A stretch of 64,000 bases of DNA from contig DUMA01000018.1 of NCBI GenBank assembly GCA_012840135.1, positions 119,150 to 183,149 of the forward strand, read 5' to 3'. Below are positions 23,816 to 32,972 of this stretch, piece after piece; the first letter of the stretch is position 1; every line of letters begins with the position of its first letter. A program made the position numbers and the translations under genes. This DNA comes from Thermoanaerobacterales bacterium (GTDB lineage Bacteria; Bacillota; Thermosediminibacteria; Thermosediminibacterales; Tepidanaerobacteraceae). Under the pieces are notes generated by a model. The model ran no database searches, was not told the DNA's origin, and saw only the letters and a list, made by a program, of their open reading frames with translations.

Positions 23816-23981
23816 ATGAAGAATGCGAAGATTAGTTATTGAGTATTTGAAAAAATTAAGCTGTAGAATTTCCACAGCTTTTTTATCCTAGTCGATGCGA
23901 AGAACTGATATTGAAGTTGAAGTTCTTGAAAGTAAAGATTATAATTAAAAGTAAAGAAACATTGAAGGAGGTAAAGAAATC

Positions 23982-24221
23982 ATGCATATTGTAAAACTAT
24001 CAAGCAAAAACCAAATTACTATTCCGGCGCAAATATGCAGGGCACTAAAAATAAAAAAAGGCAATAAACTTTGGATAGAACAAAAAGATAATAGAATTAT
24101 ATTAACACCGGAGCCGCAAGATTATGTAGAATACTATTATGGAATCGCAAAGGGAACCTATGGCAAATGCGCTGAAGAGATGGATGAGTATGTTAAAAAG
24201 GAGAGAGAAGATTGGGAATAG
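23982..24221 (+). CDS. vapB: AbrB/MazE/SpoVT-family antitoxin
   Basis: KLSSKNQITIPAQICRALKIKKGNKLWIEQKDNRIILTP is a swapped-hairpin AbrB motif. It overlaps the downstream PIN gene. Confidence 0.8.
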   Translation: MHIVKLSSKNQITIPAQICRALKIKKGNKLWIEQKDNRIILTPEPQDYVEYYYGIAKGTYGKCAEEMDEYVKKEREDWE

Positions 24222-24664
24222 ACATCTTGATTGACCGCATTAAACAGGATAAAAAAGTGCTGATAGATACAAATGTCCTTATTTATTTTTTAGAAGGAAA
24301 TGATGAATTTGGCTTGGCTTCAAAAAAAGTTCTAACATTAATAAAAAATGCCGAAGTGAAAGGCTATGTTTCTGTCATCTCTCTTGCTGAACTGCTCGTG
24401 AAACCCTTGAAGATGAAAGATGCAAAATTGGTTACTGAAATAAATAAGTTTATTAATAATTTTCCTAATTTGAACCTGGTTTCTGTAGATAAACATGTGG
24501 CTACTGTAGCTGCACAGATAAGGGCAGAGTACGGGCTAAAAATGCCCGATGCTTTGATAGTATCGTCCGCAATATCATTAAAATGCGGTATCATTACAGT
24601 GGATACAGGATTTAGAAAAATAGAAATCCCCATCTATGATTTAAAGAGTTTTGACACAACATAA
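24212..24664 (+). CDS. vapC: PIN-domain ribonuclease toxin
   Basis: VLIDTNVLIYFLEGND...SLAELL...MPDALIVSSA are the conserved acidic PIN residues. There is a 10-nt overlap with the antitoxin gene. Confidence 0.85.
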   Translation: MGIDILIDRIKQDKKVLIDTNVLIYFLEGNDEFGLASKKVLTLIKNAEVKGYVSVISLAELLVKPLKMKDAKLVTEINKFINNFPNLNLVSVDKHVATVAAQIRAEYGLKMPDALIVSSAISLKCGIITVDTGFRKIEIPIYDLKSFDTT

Positions 24665-24694
24665 ATAGTAAAATAAAAACAAATGGAGTAAAAA

Positions 24695-24830
24695 ATGGGG
24701 AACGGAGAGAAAAAAAACCATACACTACGACAAAACCCTCAAAAACCTTTTCAACATCTCAACGAGACACAATATATGCATTGCCATGAAGACCCAAAGC
24801 GAAAAGCTTTTACCACTATTTGATGCCCGG
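24695..24830 (+). pseudogene. Frameshifted N-terminal remnant of an Rpn-family gene
   Basis: ATGGGGAACGGAGAGAAAAAAAACCATACACTACGACAAAACCCTCAAAAACCTTTTCAACATCTCAA.. parallels 60763-60830 (MEDGEKKVIHYDKILKNLFNIS). Confidence 0.5.
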
Positions 24831-25007
24831 GAAGTTATAGATAGCACAAGGCCTAAAAAGGCTAAGCAAGGTAATGACTAAAATTATTAGGTATACGAAA
24901 TGGCCAATATATGGTCTATTAAGCTGCCTTTTTTTATAGATGCTTTAACAAATGGGCAAGCTATAAAAGCAAGCTATAAAAAATATAAATTGAAAGGGGG
25001 ATATATT

Positions 25008-26234
25008 GTGTGCGAACTGATAACCAACCGTGAATACCGGATAAAGCTTTTGAAGGATGTGATAATGGACCTTCACAGGGGAAAAAGTGTGGATGAGGTT
25101 AAGGAGAGATTCCGGGAGGTGGTGAAAGACCTTTCCCACGACGAGGTGGCAGCCATGGAACAGGCCCTCATCCAGGAAGGTATGCCTGTGGAGGAGATCC
25201 AGCGAATGTGCGATGTCCACGCCTCCATATTTAAAGAAAGCCTGGAGAGCAAACAAGAACCCGAAACCGCACCGGGTCATCCCCTTCACACATTTAAACT
25301 GGAAAACACTGCCATAAACAGGCTTATTTCCGGGGAAATACTGCCCGGCATACAAGCGCTAAAAGCCGTCGGAGGCGATGAAGAAAGACAGGCGGCTGCA
25401 AAGCTTTTAGAAAGTTTTAAACTCCTTATGGAAGTGGACCGGCACTATAAGCGGAAAGAAAACCTCCTCTTCCCTTACCTGGAAAAATACGGTATAACGG
25501 CGCCACCCAAGGTCATGTGGGGGGTGGACGACGAGATAAGAGGCGCGCTGAAAGAGGCGGTAAGCCTCCTTACAAATTACGAACCCGGTAGCAAGGCAGA
25601 AGTTACGGAAAAGCTGGAAAACGCCGTAAGCCGGGTGCAGGAAATGGTCTTTAAAGAAGAGAAAATCCTCTTTCCAATGGCCCTCCAGACCCTCACCGAG
25701 GATGAGTGGTATGAAATCTACAGGCAAAGCGACGAGATAGGCTACTGCCTCGTAAATCCGGCCGGGGAGTGGCGGCCTCCGAGGATACCTCTGGAGGAAA
25801 CGGGAAAAATCCCCGCCGGCGGCAAAACGGGCGACCTTTTGAAATTTAAAACCGGAGCCCTTTCTCCCGAAGAAGTGGAGTTGATTTTCAATCATCTGCC
25901 TGTGGACATTACCTTTGTAGACAAAAATGACGTGGTAAAATACTTTTCCGCCGGAAAGGAAAGGATCTTCACCCGAACGGCAGCGGTCATCGGCAGGACG
26001 GTGCAGAACTGCCACCCGCCGGCCAGCGTGCACGTGGTGGAAAGGCTCCTGCAGGACTTCAAAGAGGGTAAAAAAGACTCGGAGGAGTTCTGGATTAACT
26101 TCCAGGGGAAATTGGTGTACATCCGCTATTTCGCCGTCAGGGATGGAAAGGGCGATTATGTGGGGACGCTGGAAGTGACCCAGGAAATAGGCAGAATTAA
26201 AGAGCTGAAGGGAGAGAAAAGACTCATGGATTAA
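25008..26234 (+). CDS. DUF438-family protein (hemerythrin-like + PAS-like domains)
   Basis: GTG at 25008 lies 7 nt after AAAGGGGG. ..RIKLLKDVIMDLHRGKSVDEVKERF...HPLHTF..EN...FVDKNDVVKYFS...HPP.. is typical of DUF438/DUF1858-type proteins. Confidence 0.7.
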   Translation: MCELITNREYRIKLLKDVIMDLHRGKSVDEVKERFREVVKDLSHDEVAAMEQALIQEGMPVEEIQRMCDVHASIFKESLESKQEPETAPGHPLHTFKLENTAINRLISGEILPGIQALKAVGGDEERQAAAKLLESFKLLMEVDRHYKRKENLLFPYLEKYGITAPPKVMWGVDDEIRGALKEAVSLLTNYEPGSKAEVTEKLENAVSRVQEMVFKEEKILFPMALQTLTEDEWYEIYRQSDEIGYCLVNPAGEWRPPRIPLEETGKIPAGGKTGDLLKFKTGALSPEEVELIFNHLPVDITFVDKNDVVKYFSAGKERIFTRTAAVIGRTVQNCHPPASVHVVERLLQDFKEGKKDSEEFWINFQGKLVYIRYFAVRDGKGDYVGTLEVTQEIGRIKELKGEKRLMD

Positions 26235-26238
26235 AATT

Positions 26239-26261
26239 GACCGCTCCGGCGGTCTTTTTTT
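26239..26261 (+). terminator. Intrinsic terminator
   Basis: GACCGC-TCCG-GCGGTC followed by TTTTTTT. Confidence 0.7.
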
Positions 26262-26324
26262 ATAAATCACCCTTCCGGCCTGAATCGGGCTCCGGTCCAT
26301 ATCTTTTAATTAAAGAAGATACCC

Positions 26325-26490
26325 GGGGGCGGATTGAAAAAATAGAGGAGATCCTGATAGTCACGGGCAGGAACAACATGGTGGACATCCACTACATAAG
26401 GCAGATTTGAGGGAAAAAGATACGATGTGGGGGACAGGCTGGGTTATCTCATCGCCACGGTAGAATACGCCTTAAAAAGAAATGGTGCTG
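26325..26490 (+). pseudogene. Internally deleted remnant of UTP-glucose-1-phosphate uridylyltransferase (GalU-like)
   Basis: ..RIEKIEEILIVTGRN.. is an N-terminal GalU block. It is juxtaposed with ..GKRYDVGDRLGYLIATVEYALKRN, a C-terminal GalU block, with stops in between. Confidence 0.55.
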
Positions 26491-26698
26491 GTATTGTATT
26501 CCGAAGGCTTTATGGAAAAGCTTTCTTTTGAGATTGCTTTTTCTTCGTAATTTACATCATGCTCCATTTCAACCTTCGTATTACCATAGCTCGTCAGCGC
26601 CACATACAGGTTTTCCGTGGAAGCGTATATGTTTTCACCCGCTCCCGGGTAGGTGAAAATGTCGGCCTTTTCTCCGGGTCTGTTGCAAGACTACTTGA

Positions 26699-26785
26699 GC
26701 TATATTATCAAGACGGCCCGGGAGTGGGAGAAGAAAATTAATTCATGTTTACAAAAGACTAAATAATTGATATGATGAAAAAACG
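26699..26785 (+). repeat. Second, shortened copy of the galE-3'-end / Rpn-leader junction
   Basis: ..ATCAAGACGGCCCGGGAGTGGGAGAAGAAAATTAA resembles 20605-20648. TTTACAAAAGACTAAATAATTGATATGATG resembles 20866-20897. The promoter/LexA-box part is missing. Confidence 0.55.
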
Positions 26786-26820
26786 AAATGGATATAAATT
26801 TAAATTATGGAGGTTGACAA

Positions 26821-27195
26821 ATGCCATCTGAGGTGTTCAATGTCGAGCGAAACGATGAGTGTGTGTGTGGGAGCGGTAAAAAATATAAGAAATGCTGCCT
26901 GCCAAAAGTGGAAAAAATTCAGTCCAGCCTTATGAAAGCTATTGAAGGGGAGGTGGGCGTCACCGCAGAGGGTAGGGAATTTTTGCGGATTATCAGCATA
27001 ATGTACGGTATTGATCTGGACATTGATGAAGCCGAAACCGATACTGAAAGACTGTCTCGAATAATTCTGCAGGCATGGGAAGAGGAGGAACAGGTTCTTA
27101 CAGGCAGTACTGAGAAATTTATGGAAGCCGTTGAAAAAATACTGAGGGACAAGCCTGAAATGAAAAGTGTAAGAATACCGGGTTTCCTCCTTTGA
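26821..27195 (+). CDS. SEC-C metal-binding motif protein (possibly frameshifted; the coding signal continues to 27328)
   Basis: NDECVCGSGKKYKKCC is the SEC-C motif. A second frame, open over 27173-27328, encodes ..FEQYVSYLESRGLKKEVDYIKELYGEIENK.. Confidence 0.65.
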   Translation: MPSEVFNVERNDECVCGSGKKYKKCCLPKVEKIQSSLMKAIEGEVGVTAEGREFLRIISIMYGIDLDIDEAETDTERLSRIILQAWEEEEQVLTGSTEKFMEAVEKILRDKPEMKSVRIPGFLL

Positions 27196-27354
27196 GCAAT
27201 ATGTTTCATACCTGGAGTCCAGGGGCTTGAAGAAAGAGGTCGATTATATAAAGGAACTTTACGGGGAAATAGAAAATAAGACGGTTCCAGACGTTCTGAA
27301 TAGTATTTTCAGCAAAAAAATGAAGTAAAAGGGTGACAGGCACTACTTTTTAAT

Positions 27355-27383
27355 ATGAGTCAGGGTACGGTTCTCTGACTCAT
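27355..27383. repeat. Hairpin repeat ATGAGTCAGGGTACGGTTCTCTGACTCAT (left member of an inverted pair flanking the Rpn gene)
   Basis: Its reverse complement matches 28819-28845 at 25 of 27 positions. Confidence 0.6.
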
Positions 27384-27538
27384 TTTTGTATTTTAGTCAA
27401 GGAATTGTCCTCTAACTCATTGGAATGTGTACCCTATGAAACTTACCGAGACAATTTTCTCGCCAGGAGATATGCTGTCAATATATTTAAAAATAAATAT
27501 TGAACTTTATGATTAAATGATATATACTATAATCATAG

Positions 27539-27552
27539 CGAACAAACGTTCC
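27539..27552. promoter_or_regulatory. LexA box CGAACAAACGTTCC after TATAAT (27528-27533)
   Basis: GAAC-N4-GTTC match, 52 nt upstream of the Rpn start. The leader is paralogous to 20790-20907. Confidence 0.6.
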
Positions 27553-27604
27553 ATACAATACTATTTACAAAAAATTAAATAATTGATATGATGGAGTTGA
27601 TAAA

Positions 27605-28537
27605 ATGAATGAAAAACAAAGAGAAATTTCTTATCAGAATTATGACATCGTATTCAAATATGCCACCCAGACATTACAGGGTAAAATGCTAGATTTTCTT
27701 GGGCTTCATACAGCACCAATAGTAGAAGTAGTACCCACCGAACTGCCATATATAGAGGCACGGAGAATCAATGAAGATTACATATTTAGACTTCAGGATG
27801 ATACTTTGCTGCACCTTGAATACCAGTCTAATATAACCCTAGAAGACATGATAAGATTCATGATATATGATGCAAGACTATATGAACAATACAGAAAAAC
27901 CATAAAAACAGCCATCATATGCTGGAAAGATATAGATACCTCTGATATAGGTAAAATTTATGCAGGATCTATAACCTATAAAACCGATATAATAAAAGTA
28001 AGGGTAGAAGACCCGGACCAAATTCTTAAAGAAGAAGAAAGCAAGATACGAAAAAATGAAGAACCCGATATAGCCAGAATAGTATTCTTGCCTGTCATGA
28101 GCGGTAAGAATAAGGTTAAAGATATAACTCTAAAAACAATAGAAATCATAAAGAAAATGAAAAACAGACAGCATGAGATTGATCAACTGATAGCCACGGT
28201 GATAATCCTTGTAGATAAGCTGCTGGATGAAGAAACCATAGAAAAATTATGGGAGGAATTTAAAATGCTGAATGTATTTAAATATGCCGAGGAAAGAGGA
28301 AAAAAAGAAGGCTTTCAAGAGGGCATTGAAAAAGGGATTGAAAAAGGAATTGAAAGAGGTGTAGGAAAAGGTATAGCTGAGACCATAATCAGGCTGCTTT
28401 GCAAGAAACTTGGAGAGCTGCCCTGCGGGTACAAAGAAAGAATTCTGGGCCAGGATAGGCAGACTCTTGAATTGATTGCGGAAAACATTTTTGAGATTGA
28501 ATCGCTAAGTGATCTTGACAGATTCTTGAAGCAGTGA
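27605..28537 (+). CDS. Rpn-family recombination-promoting nuclease / putative transposase
   Basis: Close paralog of 20908-21888 with the same N-terminus and LHLEYQSN core. It has only four G-x-E/G-K/R repeat units (28322-28369). Confidence 0.8.
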   Translation: MNEKQREISYQNYDIVFKYATQTLQGKMLDFLGLHTAPIVEVVPTELPYIEARRINEDYIFRLQDDTLLHLEYQSNITLEDMIRFMIYDARLYEQYRKTIKTAIICWKDIDTSDIGKIYAGSITYKTDIIKVRVEDPDQILKEEESKIRKNEEPDIARIVFLPVMSGKNKVKDITLKTIEIIKKMKNRQHEIDQLIATVIILVDKLLDEETIEKLWEEFKMLNVFKYAEERGKKEGFQEGIEKGIEKGIERGVGKGIAETIIRLLCKKLGELPCGYKERILGQDRQTLELIAENIFEIESLSDLDRFLKQ

Positions 28538-28818
28538 AAATAAACTCAGCCGCGCAAAAATTGAGGGTGGTTACGGTACCGGTACTTACGATGACGCAAC
28601 AGTCGTGTAAAAAGTATAATCAAATAAGACTTAAATTAAAACAAAAGACAAGGAACGCTTTCCCTGTCTATTTTTTTATGCTTCATTCAGGAAGTAATAC
28701 GTGAAGATATACGAACCTGATATAATCTTCCACGACGACGGGCCGCTCATCCTGCCGCACATCAGTTTGCCCGCAGCATATTTTTTGTTAAGAAATTGTA
28801 ATTGAGTCATGAGTCAGC

Positions 28819-28845
28819 ATGAGTCACAGAACCGTCCCCTGACTC
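28819..28845. repeat. Right member of the inverted hairpin-repeat pair, preceded by tandem (A/T)TGAGTCA units
   Basis: ATGAGTCACAGAACCGTCCCCTGACTC. GAGTCA also occurs three times in 28803-28826. Confidence 0.6.
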
Positions 28846-28976
28846 CCATCTAATCGATGTAACTCATTATAATTTTATTATCATATTATGTAGTAACCGA
28901 CAAAGAAGATAAGTCAATGACCTTCAATAAAAGTGCAGTGGACTTGATTTATTTTAAGGGGAGGTGTAGACCTATA

Positions 28977-31900
28977 ATGGCTGACGGAAGCGTGACCATT
29001 ATTGTTAAAGATGTTAATGACAATCTAATAAATGGTTTCAAGTATATTATCAATTTAAACAATATAGGAGACCCTCAAGTGGAACTCCCTGAGAATAGCA
29101 GAGATCCATCTTTGTTTCCATCGTTAAAACCGGGAGAAAGCTACAGTCCTGTAATCTTGACGGGAGAGAGTGCAACTTCTCAAGCAAACGTGACAATACC
29201 CGAGGGAAAATATATAATTTCTGTTTTGGCACCCGGGTATAAGATGGGTGGCAATTGGGTGACGGTGCTGCCGGGTGCTGATACTATTATAGAAGTAAAA
29301 CTATATCCAAATCCACTGCCGCTGTCAAAAATAAGGGTCCGTGTTTTTGAAGACAACCACCCTGTAAATGGGGAAGATGATATACCCCTGGAACGTGGAT
29401 TAAAAGGGTTTCGGGTAGTAATTAGCGATGCTGTCGGTGAAGTAACCGTAGACTATTTTAGGAATCCACTAGGAACCCAATACGAGAAGGATATAAATGG
29501 GGATATAGTGTTCGATTCTTCAGGAAACCCAATTCCCATACCTAATACAGGAGGAGTTGTTCTTACAGATGAAAATGGCTTGGCCTTGATAGACAATATT
29601 CCGCCCGGGAAATATGCAGTTCAGGCAATACCGCCGGATGGAACGGATTGGATACAAACTACCACTATTGAAGGAACTCATGAAATCGATGTATGGATTC
29701 AAGAGGGCAACGATGGATATAGCCCGAGGGAAGGTTTTATGGTTCCATTAGTATGGATAGGTTTTGTGAAACCCATGAAGTTTGAAGTAAAGCCTCCTTC
29801 AGAAGTGGGAACCATAACCGGCAGGATAATGACAGTTATAGAATTTGTACCACCTTTTAGACCTTTAACTTTAGGAAGACCCGTGGAAAGACCCTGGATT
29901 GCCCTTACGGACATTGGAGCAAATGACCAGCAGGTATATACGGGAAGAGGAAATGTTGATGGTACCTTTACAATAGAAAACGTACCGCCGGGCATATATC
30001 AAATGGCCATATGGGATGAACCTTTAGACTATATTATTTCTTTCCGTACAGTCCAGGTTGCAGCCGGACAAACGGTAAATATGGGGGATATAGGCATACC
30101 GAGATGGTACGGATATATTGAAGGCGATGTATTTTATGACGAGAACGAAGACGCTGAACCGGAACCTGGAGATACAGCGATACCAAATGTCGAAATGTTT
30201 ACAAGATTTAAAGATGGCAGTATTCAATATATGACCATATCTGATATGAAAGGAAAATATCTGTTTAACGAGGTATTTGAATTAGAGCGTTTTGCAGTAG
30301 CTGAAGTCGGTTTCACCAGGTTTAAAAAAACCGGGGGAACAGCCATACCGGATTATGGCAACCCTGCACAGAAGCCACCTATAACAGAGCAGGGAGCACT
30401 GACTATGGCGGAGTTAACCTGGGCTGCCAAGACCAATAAGATTGACTGGGGTAAAAAAGCTTACCGCTCGGCGGAAAACGGTGGAATTTCAGGTATGGTT
30501 TATTATGCCACCATGAGAAATGAAACGGATCCAAGGATGGCAGCAGCCGAAGATTATGAACCCGGGATACCCAATGTGACGGTAAATCTTTATGCCACTG
30601 AAGAAATAGACGGGCAAATAGTTCAGGGACAGCTGATTAGCACGGTGACCACCGATGCATGGCAGCATCCCACAGGCTGTACGGATGCGGACAATAATCC
30701 TGTACCTTGTTTGGAAGTCCCCAATATATCAAATCAAATCAGGCCTGGAGTGTTCGACGGAAGATATGCTTTTGAACCATTACCGAGTGGCACTTATATA
30801 GTGGAGGTAGTACCGCCGGCCGGATATAAGGTAATAGACCAAACGGGTTCCGTAAATACCGGCGAGGGAGATGAATATTTTATAGATACAACCATAACTT
30901 CTAGGGCACAAGGCTTGAAGGAAGGGATTTCCGCTATCGGCTGTATAGATGAATGGGCCCGGGACAAAAAAGACCTTATGACACCACCGCCTTACTATGA
31001 GCCGCCGGAAACTCCCGGGTCAATAGATATCTATAAAAAGATAGTCAAAGTTATAGAGGGCAGAAATAGTACGGCAGATTTCTTCCTGTATACAGATGTA
31101 CCGGTGCCGGGAAGAATAGTAGGTTTCTTATTGGATGATGTGAATATAGAAACGGACCCCGCCAGGATATATTTTGGGGAAAAGAGGGGGATACCGGATA
31201 CTCCGGTTGGAATAAGGGATTTTAAAGGAAAGCTGATTACCACGGTCCATTCGGATATAAATGGGGTTTTTGAAGTTTTGCTGCCGTCAACTTATACACG
31301 GAATGTTCCCATACCGTCGGGAGTGGCTCCCGGAATGTATTTAGTGGTTGGAAATGATCCTGGAGACCCGGACCGTCCCAACCCATTATATAATCCAAAT
31401 TACCAATCTTTAACATTGGTGTTTGATGTATGGCCGGGAAAAACCACTTATGCAGATGTAGCATTGTTCCCGATCACAGCGTTTACTGGAGAAGTAGGTG
31501 GAGCCCAATTTTCACAACCACCTCAATGCAACCTGAAAGATGATGTTCCGCAGGTATTTAAGCTAAGCAGAGTTGAAGTAGATGCAGATAGTTTAAATGA
31601 CATGGATAGAACCTTTACTATTTACGGGAGAGGATTTGGCAGCTCCGGGAAGGTGACTTTAGATGGTGTGGAAATTGATATTATTGACTGGACCCCTACA
31701 AATATTGAGGCAAAAATTCCTCCAGGCTTTACAACCACAGGACCTGCCCAATTGATAGTGACCAATGCCCTGGGGAACAGGAGTATAAATGGCATCACCT
31801 TCCATGTTCGTAAGAACAATATTTATTGGCCAGATATCCTTCGTGTAAAAAAAGATGGAACCGGGGATTATACCACGATTCAAGATGCTATAGATAATGC

Positions 31901-32312
31901 ACCGGACGGAACCATTATAGTTGTACATGAAGGGACATTTTATGAAAGTCCGATCCTGTACAAGAATGTGAAGCTTCAGGGCCTGGGGCCGGGAGGATTA
32001 GACCCGAACAATAATCCGGTAATCGGTTCCGTTATAGATGGCAGGTTCTTCTTATCTTATCTAGATCAATGGCTGGCAAAGCTTGATAGTATAGATTTTG
32101 ACGGGCCGGAACTGATAGAACCGGGTCAAGTAAAGGAGATAAGCAGAGGGCAAGTAATTACGGTTGTAGCTAAGGAAAACCGGTTTTCATCCGGCTTTAG
32201 ACCTCAAATTGACGGGTTTAAGATAACGGGAGCAAGAGGAGAAGACGGAGGAGGAATCTATATCAATGCCCACTGTTGTCGAGGGCTCGGTGCCCGATTT
32301 CAAAGTGGATGA
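28977..32312 (+). CDS. Very large surface-type protein (Cna-B/SdrD-like and carboxypeptidase-regulatory-like repeats, IPT/TIG domain, start of a right-handed beta-helix), 3'-truncated
   Basis: ATG at 28977 follows AAGGGGAGG. The repeats show VRVFEDNHPVNGEDD-type and PPGKY/PPGIY motifs. The IPT-like stretch is TFTIYGRGFGSSGKVTLDGVEI. The beta-helix start is DGTGDYTTIQDAIDNAPDGTIIVV. The reading frame breaks inside the helix (..GGGIYINAHC/CRGLGARFQSG*). Confidence 0.6.
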   Translation: MADGSVTIIVKDVNDNLINGFKYIINLNNIGDPQVELPENSRDPSLFPSLKPGESYSPVILTGESATSQANVTIPEGKYIISVLAPGYKMGGNWVTVLPGADTIIEVKLYPNPLPLSKIRVRVFEDNHPVNGEDDIPLERGLKGFRVVISDAVGEVTVDYFRNPLGTQYEKDINGDIVFDSSGNPIPIPNTGGVVLTDENGLALIDNIPPGKYAVQAIPPDGTDWIQTTTIEGTHEIDVWIQEGNDGYSPREGFMVPLVWIGFVKPMKFEVKPPSEVGTITGRIMTVIEFVPPFRPLTLGRPVERPWIALTDIGANDQQVYTGRGNVDGTFTIENVPPGIYQMAIWDEPLDYIISFRTVQVAAGQTVNMGDIGIPRWYGYIEGDVFYDENEDAEPEPGDTAIPNVEMFTRFKDGSIQYMTISDMKGKYLFNEVFELERFAVAEVGFTRFKKTGGTAIPDYGNPAQKPPITEQGALTMAELTWAAKTNKIDWGKKAYRSAENGGISGMVYYATMRNETDPRMAAAEDYEPGIPNVTVNLYATEEIDGQIVQGQLISTVTTDAWQHPTGCTDADNNPVPCLEVPNISNQIRPGVFDGRYAFEPLPSGTYIVEVVPPAGYKVIDQTGSVNTGEGDEYFIDTTITSRAQGLKEGISAIGCIDEWARDKKDLMTPPPYYEPPETPGSIDIYKKIVKVIEGRNSTADFFLYTDVPVPGRIVGFLLDDVNIETDPARIYFGEKRGIPDTPVGIRDFKGKLITTVHSDINGVFEVLLPSTYTRNVPIPSGVAPGMYLVVGNDPGDPDRPNPLYNPNYQSLTLVFDVWPGKTTYADVALFPITAFTGEVGGAQFSQPPQCNLKDDVPQVFKLSRVEVDADSLNDMDRTFTIYGRGFGSSGKVTLDGVEIDIIDWTPTNIEAKIPPGFTTTGPAQLIVTNALGNRSINGITFHVRKNNIYWPDILRVKKDGTGDYTTIQDAIDNAPDGTIIVVHEGTFYESPILYKNVKLQGLGPGGLDPNNNPVIGSVIDGRFFLSYLDQWLAKLDSIDFDGPELIEPGQVKEISRGQVITVVAKENRFSSGFRPQIDGFKITGARGEDGGGIYINAHCCRGLGARFQSG

Positions 32313-32958
32313 CAGAAGGCTCCTGGAATGGTATATAAACGAGATTAATGAGCTCAAAGTAAATGTCAGACTAAATACGGAAGTTACCCCGGACATGGTG
32401 GCAAACGAAAAACCCGATGAGGTTGTTGTGGCCACGGGATCGGTACCCATAATACTGGACATACCGGGAATAAATAGGGACAATGTGGTCACGGCGTCGG
32501 ATCTGCTTCTGGGCAAAAAGAAGGCTGGGAATACAGTGGTGGTGCTGGGCGGAGGTCTGGTGGGGTCGGAAACGGCCCTGTGGCTTGCAAAGCAGGGGAA
32601 GAAAGTGACTATAGTGGAAGCGCTGTCGGATATTATCCGGGCGGGCAAATATGTACCGCACATGAACAGGATTATGCTCATAGACCTCCTGAAATTCCAC
32701 GGGGTGGATATCATGACATCCGCATATCTCCTGGAAGTGACGGATGGCGGTGCCGTTGTCATGAGGAAAGACTCCGGCACCAGGACCACCATCCCGACGG
32801 ACACCGTTGTCCTGGCTACCGGGTACAGGCCGGATAATGCCCTTTACCGTTCGCTATCCGGGAAAATTGCGAATCTATATCTCATCGGCGATGCGAGAGA
32901 CCCGCAAAACATTATGAACGCCATCTGGGATGCCTACGAGGTGGCGCAAAATATGTGA
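32266..32958 (+). pseudogene. C-terminal fragment of an FAD/NAD(P)-dependent oxidoreductase (2-enoate/2,4-dienoyl-CoA reductase type)
   Basis: ..PDEVVVATGSVP...VVVLGGGLVGSETALWLAKQGKKVTIVE.. is the second Rossmann GxGxxG motif, and ..LIGDA.. follows. The whole OYE/TIM-barrel N-terminal half is absent. Confidence 0.6.
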
Positions 32959-32972
32959 TTTGTCCGATTTTG

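Noticed and set aside
25407-26300. 297-aa minus-strand ORF opposite the DUF438 gene
   Set aside because: Antisense shadow of a gene with clear family motifs. The sequence is low-complexity and there are no start signals.
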